Shown: positions 59,280 to 64,000 of the stretch, piece after piece | Numbering within the stretch: the first letter of the stretch is position 1 | Layout of the letters: every line of letters begins with the position of its first letter | Assembly: GCA_963664115.2 (NCBI GenBank) | Contig: CAXWPJ010000006.1 | Coordinates: 303,784-367,783, forward strand | Length of the DNA: 64,000 nt | Reading direction: 5' to 3' | From: Terriglobia bacterium | GTDB lineage: Bacteria; Acidobacteriota; Terriglobia; 20CM-2-55-15 | Made by a program: the position numbers and the translations under genes | The notes under the pieces: model-generated | What the model was told of the DNA's origin: nothing | The model's input: the letters and a program-made list of their open reading frames with translations, nothing else | Databases searched by the model: none

Positions 59280-60227
59280 ATGGCATCCCGCAAAATCGCT
59301 CTCATGTTTCCGGGTCAAGGGGCCCAGTACGCAGGCATGGGCCGGGATCTGGCCGGGAGCTTTCCATCTGTGGCCGCCCTGTTCGGGGAAGCGGATAAGA
59401 CACTGGGCTTTCCCATATCCAAGCTGTGCTTTGAGGGTCCCGAGGAAGAGCTGAAGCTTACCGAAAACACGCAACCGGCTCTATTGACGACCGCCGTGGG
59501 GGCTTTCCGCGTCCTATCGGAACGCGGTGTCGTGCCGGATTTTGTCGCGGGGCATAGCCTTGGCGAGTACAGCGCCCTGGTTGCTGCGGGCTCACTCGAT
59601 TTTGCGAGTGCCGTGTCCCTGGTGAGAAATCGTGGACGTTACATGCAGGAAGCCGTTCCCGTGGGCGAGGGTGCGATGGCGGCAATACTTGGACTCGATT
59701 CCGATGAGGTTCGCTCCGTTTGCGAGCGCGTCCAGGAATCGGAGGTGGTGACGCCAGCCAATTTCAATTCGCTGACCCAGATCGTAATTGCCGGCCATCG
59801 GCCAGCCGTCGAACGAGCCATTGATGCGGCCAAGAGCGCCGGTGCCCGTAGAGCATTGCTACTCCCGGTGAGTGCGCCATTCCATTGCAGGCTGATGCTG
59901 CCAGCCCAGAAGCGCCTGTCTGAAGATCTGGATGGCATCGATTTCGGAGACCTGCGGTTTCCCATCGTGACGAACGTAGACGCCGAGGAGGTTCGGACCG
60001 GTTCCGAAGCACGCGAGGCGGTGCGGAGACAGACTTCCAGGCCGGTCCGTTGGTATGAGACCGTGCGATTTCTTCTCGATTCGGGAGTCGACACGTTTAT
60101 CGAAGTTGGGCCGGGTAAGGTCCTGACGGGGCTGCTTCGTTCCATCGAAAAGTCGGTTACAATGCTAAACGCAGAGGACGAGGCTTCGCTGGACCAGGCC
60201 TTGGCCACTCTGCACACTCTACAGTGA
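59280..60227 (+). CDS. fabD: Malonyl-CoA:ACP transacylase
   Basis: FPGQGAQ, GHSLGEY, VSAPFH and EVGPG. Confidence 0.96.
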   Translation: MASRKIALMFPGQGAQYAGMGRDLAGSFPSVAALFGEADKTLGFPISKLCFEGPEEELKLTENTQPALLTTAVGAFRVLSERGVVPDFVAGHSLGEYSALVAAGSLDFASAVSLVRNRGRYMQEAVPVGEGAMAAILGLDSDEVRSVCERVQESEVVTPANFNSLTQIVIAGHRPAVERAIDAAKSAGARRALLLPVSAPFHCRLMLPAQKRLSEDLDGIDFGDLRFPIVTNVDAEEVRTGSEAREAVRRQTSRPVRWYETVRFLLDSGVDTFIEVGPGKVLTGLLRSIEKSVTMLNAEDEASLDQALATLHTLQ

Positions 60228-60327
60228 AGAGGACTTCACGGGTTCATCGGGCCCTCGTTGTTCTGCTCCGAGTTTCTCGCTTCTAAGGTGCGTATTGAGA
60301 ATCATTTGAAAGACGGAGGTTGTATAA

Positions 60328-60573
60328 ATGTCTTCTTCGGTTGAAGAAAAAGTCAAAGCGGTAATCGTCGAACAGTTGAGTGTCGACGAATCGGAGGTCA
60401 CACCCACGGCTTCGTTCATCGATGACCTGGGAGCAGATTCCCTGGATACGGTGGAGTTGGTCATGGCGCTGGAAGAGGGGTTTGGGATTGAGATTCCAGA
60501 CGATGCCGCTGAAAAGATCACCACCGTGAAGGAAGCGATAGATTACATCGAAGCTCACGGGCCCAAAAAGTAA
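60328..60573 (+). CDS. acpP: Acyl carrier protein
   Basis: [18 protein letters not shown]. Confidence 0.97.
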   Translation: MSSSVEEKVKAVIVEQLSVDESEVTPTASFIDDLGADSLDTVELVMALEEGFGIEIPDDAAEKITTVKEAIDYIEAHGPKK

Positions 60574-60589
60574 GCGGTTTCGGAGGCTA

Positions 60590-61834
60590 TTGACCTTGGA
60601 GAGGAGAGTCGTTGTCACTGGTGTCGGACTTGTCACCGCGCTCGGTATCGGAACAGATGCGAGCTGGGAAGGTCTGCGTGCGGGTCGAAGCGGAGTCACT
60701 CAGATCACCCAATTCGACACGACACAATTTTCCACAAAGATCGCGGCAGAGCTGAGTGGTTTTGATCCTCTCAACTGGATCGAGAAGAAAGAAGTCAAGA
60801 AGATGGATAGGTTTATCCATTGTGCGATAGCCGCCTCCGCGTTTGCGATGGAACGGTCAGGTCTGGAAATAACGTCGGAGCTTTCCGAAAGATCCGGAGT
60901 ATTCATCGGTTCCGGCATTGGTGGATTTAACATTATCGAGCGGGAACACTACAACCTCATACGGGGCGGCCCGCGCAAGATCTCCCCGTTTTTTATACCA
61001 TCCAGCATCATTAATCTGGCGGCCGGACAGGTTTCCATTCGCTTCGGAGCCAGAGGTCCCAACGCTGCACCGTGCACGGCATGTTCCTCGGGCGCGCATG
61101 CAGTCGGCGATGCATACGAGTTGATCCGTCGAGACGGTGCCGACATCATGATTGCCGGGGGCTCTGAATCAGCAATTACCCCGATGGGCATCGGTGGATT
61201 TGCTGCCATGCGGGCTCTTTCCAGTCGTAATGACGAGCCCGAACGGGCCTCCCGACCTTTCGATCTCGAGCGGGACGGTTTCGTGATGGGTGAAGGTTCC
61301 GGGATTCTAATTCTGGAAGAGCTCGAAATGGCGAAGAAGCGCGGCGCTCCCATTCTTGCCGAAATTATCGGATATGGCATGAGTGGCGATGCCTTTCACA
61401 TTACGCTCCCATCGGACGATGGAAATGGTGGCTACCGGGTGATGCAGAACGCTCTGAAGAGCGCGGACGTTTCGCCCGATAAAGTTAGCTACATTAACGC
61501 CCACGGCACGTCCACACCTCCTAACGACCGCCTGGAAACGATGGCCATCAAACGCTTGTTCGGGGACAGTGCGGGAGGGATCCCAGTCAGCTCGACCAAG
61601 TCTATGATCGGACACCTTTTGGGTGCGGCGGGAGCCGTCGAAGCCGGGATCAGTGTACTTGCGCTCCAGGACCAGGTCATACCGCCGACGATCAATTACG
61701 AAAATCCGGATCCCGACTGCGACCTGGACTACGTTCCCAATGAAAGCCGGGATGCCAATCTCGAGTACGTGTTGTCGAATTCTTTCGGATTTGGTGGCAC
61801 CAACGCCGCTCTTCTCTTTAAACGTTTCAACTAA
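60590..61834 (+). CDS. fabF: Beta-ketoacyl-ACP synthase II
   Basis: RRVVVTG, TACSSG, NAHGTST, GHLLGAAG and NSFGFGGTN. Confidence 0.96.
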   Translation: MTLERRVVVTGVGLVTALGIGTDASWEGLRAGRSGVTQITQFDTTQFSTKIAAELSGFDPLNWIEKKEVKKMDRFIHCAIAASAFAMERSGLEITSELSERSGVFIGSGIGGFNIIEREHYNLIRGGPRKISPFFIPSSIINLAAGQVSIRFGARGPNAAPCTACSSGAHAVGDAYELIRRDGADIMIAGGSESAITPMGIGGFAAMRALSSRNDEPERASRPFDLERDGFVMGEGSGILILEELEMAKKRGAPILAEIIGYGMSGDAFHITLPSDDGNGGYRVMQNALKSADVSPDKVSYINAHGTSTPPNDRLETMAIKRLFGDSAGGIPVSSTKSMIGHLLGAAGAVEAGISVLALQDQVIPPTINYENPDPDCDLDYVPNESRDANLEYVLSNSFGFGGTNAALLFKRFN

Positions 61835-61911
61835 CGACTGCGGAATCGACGCCGGATACCTAAACTCGGTCGTTCTGTTCCGGAGCTTTCCCGGTTTGCT
61901 ATCCTGCTTCC

Positions 61912-63567
61912 ATGTCTCCTGAACGTGAAATCATCGAGTTCGACGTTCTTGTCGTGGGCGCCGGGCCCGCAGGGCTGGCGGTGGCCTACCACCTGAGGCA
62001 ACTGCTGGATCGGAGCGGACGGAAAGACGCTTCGATCGCTGTTCTCGAAAAAGGCAAAGAGATCGGAGCGCACATCATATCCGGAGCGGTATTCGATCCA
62101 CGCGGGATAGACGAACTCATGCCCGACTGGTTAACGAAAGGTGCTCCTGTCGAAAGTAAGGTCGAAGAGGACCATGTTTACTATTTGACCCGGAAGTGGA
62201 AACTGGGCCTGCCGATCATCCCGCCGCCGCTTCGCAATGCGGGCAACTACATCATCTCGTTGAACAAGTTTGTCCTTTGGTTGGCAGAGCTTGTCGAAGA
62301 CAGCGATGTCGATATATTTGCGGGTTTTTCCGGGGCCGGATTGTTGATTGAGAACGGTCAGGTCGTCGGCGTCCGCACCGGGGACAAGGGCGTTGATCGT
62401 CAGGGCCAAGCGAAAGGGAACTACGAGCCAGGTATCGACATACGCGCGAAATTGACGGTGTTGGCCGAAGGCGCCCGGGGATCGTTGACAAAACAGCTCG
62501 TGGAACGCTTCGGGTTGGATGTTGGCCGGAATCCACAAGTCTACTCTGTGGGGATCAAGGAAGTGTGGGAGGTTCCCGGGTCCGATGAGCACCGGGGACG
62601 GGTCGTTCACACCATGGGATTCCCGCTCGCGTCAAAAGAATTTGGGGGTGGGTTCATCTACAACATGGATCGCGACCAGGTGTCGCTTGGCCTCGTTGTA
62701 GGTCTCGACTACCAGGATCCGCTCCTGGATCCTCACCGTAAGTTTCAGCAGTTCAAGGAACATCCTCTTGTAAGGAGTGCGATCGAGGGTGGCCGGCTCG
62801 TTGCTTACGGCGCTAAAGCCATCCCTGAGGGTGGATACTGGGCGATGCCTCAATGTTATTTCGCCGGTGGCATGATCGTGGGTGATTCCGGAGGGCTCCT
62901 CAATTCAATGCGATTGAAGGGCATCCACCTCGCTCTGAAGAGTGGAATGCTCGCTGCGGAGGCGGCGTTGGAAGCGATGCGGTCGAATGATTACTCGGCT
63001 TCCCGAATGCAGCGGTTTGAGGTGTTGGTCAAAGACAGCTGGATCAAAGACGAGCTATGGAAAGTACGTAACTTTCACCAGGGATTTAACAAAGGACTTT
63101 GGAGAGGCCTGCTTCACGCCGGTTTACAGATGTTGACCCGAGGGCGGGGCCTCTCGAACCGGTATGCCAGTGAACCTGGACACAAGCGCATGTGCATGCG
63201 ACCGGATTTCCCAGCTTCGTATGATCCGAACAGTGAAGTGAAATTCGATCAGATGTTAACGTTCGATAAGTTGACCGACGTCTACAACTCGGGAACCGCG
63301 CACGAAGAAGATCAGCCTGTTCACCTTGTGGTTCTTGAGCCCGATCTGTGCCACACCCGCTGTACCGAGGAGTATGGAAATCCGTGTCAGTATTTCTGTC
63401 CGGCTGCGGTCTATAGCATGGAAACCAACGAGGACGGGCAGTCCCGCCTCGCGATTGCTGCTTCCAATTGCGTCCACTGCAAGACCTGCGACATTATGGA
63501 CCCCTATCAGATCATCAACTGGATCCCACCTGAAGGGGGGGGTGGACCGGACTACAAGGGTCTGTAG
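61912..63567 (+). CDS. Electron transfer flavoprotein-quinone oxidoreductase
   Basis: VGAGPAGL, GAHIISGA, KGIHLALKSG and C-terminal FCPA...NCVHCKTCDI [4Fe-4S]. Confidence 0.93.
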   Translation: MSPEREIIEFDVLVVGAGPAGLAVAYHLRQLLDRSGRKDASIAVLEKGKEIGAHIISGAVFDPRGIDELMPDWLTKGAPVESKVEEDHVYYLTRKWKLGLPIIPPPLRNAGNYIISLNKFVLWLAELVEDSDVDIFAGFSGAGLLIENGQVVGVRTGDKGVDRQGQAKGNYEPGIDIRAKLTVLAEGARGSLTKQLVERFGLDVGRNPQVYSVGIKEVWEVPGSDEHRGRVVHTMGFPLASKEFGGGFIYNMDRDQVSLGLVVGLDYQDPLLDPHRKFQQFKEHPLVRSAIEGGRLVAYGAKAIPEGGYWAMPQCYFAGGMIVGDSGGLLNSMRLKGIHLALKSGMLAAEAALEAMRSNDYSASRMQRFEVLVKDSWIKDELWKVRNFHQGFNKGLWRGLLHAGLQMLTRGRGLSNRYASEPGHKRMCMRPDFPASYDPNSEVKFDQMLTFDKLTDVYNSGTAHEEDQPVHLVVLEPDLCHTRCTEEYGNPCQYFCPAAVYSMETNEDGQSRLAIAASNCVHCKTCDIMDPYQIINWIPPEGGGGPDYKGL

Positions 63568-63654
63568 GGGACGAGAGGCGAACTCTGACGGGAGAGATGC
63601 CGGAGAGTTGAGAAACGACACGGCAGCAGCGCTGCCGTGTCGTTCTGGAATATT

Positions 63655-63939
63655 CTAGTAGCGGCCGCCTCCGCCTCCGCCGCCATCCCGCCGCACCTGA
63701 GGTCTTGCCTCATTAACGGTGAGTTCGCGACCGTCCAACTCGGTTCCGTTGAACTGCTCAATAGCCTTTGCGGCATTCTCATCGCTCATTTCTACAAAAC
63801 CGAAGCCCCGGGATCGGCCCGTGTCACGGTCTGTAATAATGCGGACTGATTCGACCTCGCCGACCTGCGCAAACAGGCTCTCAAGATCGCCTTCTGTCGA
63901 TTGGAACGACAGATTACCAACGTACATTTTTTGAGTCAT
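63655..63939 (-). CDS. RRM (RNP-1) RNA-binding protein with Gly-rich tail
   Basis: MYVGNL and RGFGFVEM. Confidence 0.93.
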   Translation of the reverse strand: MTQKMYVGNLSFQSTEGDLESLFAQVGEVESVRIITDRDTGRSRGFGFVEMSDENAAKAIEQFNGTELDGRELTVNEARPQVRRDGGGGGGGRY

Positions 63940-64000
63940 TTAATTTCCTTGAAATTGATTGTATGTAGAGGAACTTCGCTAGCTTTGAGGGAAAGGAGGG

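Overview
A GC-rich, gene-dense bacterial chromosomal segment. The lineage is probably Acidobacteriota-like; this is an inference from gene style (futalosine mqnE, TonB receptor with an N-terminal carboxypeptidase-like domain, Fis-like HTH after cvpA) and is not proven. Positions 1-37.8 kb are mostly housekeeping and accessory genes: thrC, a large secreted metalloprotease, an aminotransferase, thiO, mqnE, moeB, a double cyclophilin, dinB, Rrf2, smc, purC, cvpA, an SSS symporter, a degenerate UvrC-like protein, HDOD plus hybrid kinase, nadA, acylphosphatase and apt. Positions 37.8-49.1 kb form an NhaR-headed Na+/pH-stress locus. It contains a partly duplicated, reciprocally decayed nhaR/HPF/beta-carbonic anhydrase module, an internally deleted purC, a zf-TFIIB protein, three cation antiporters (CaCA, CPA2/Kef, NhaA) and hflKC. 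Positions 50-56.4 kb hold a His-rich leader ORF with an out-of-frame RGPP tail, a TonB-dependent receptor split by an IS1380-family element (6-bp TSD), a DUF2971-like fragment, and tRNA-Arg(CCT) followed by a one-gene islet closed by a diverged copy of the tRNA 3' half. Positions 56.6-64 kb hold the yceD-rpmF-plsX-fabD-acpP-fabF cluster, ETF-QO and an RRM protein. No CRISPR array or rRNA was seen. All family calls come from motif recognition by eye; no database searches were run.
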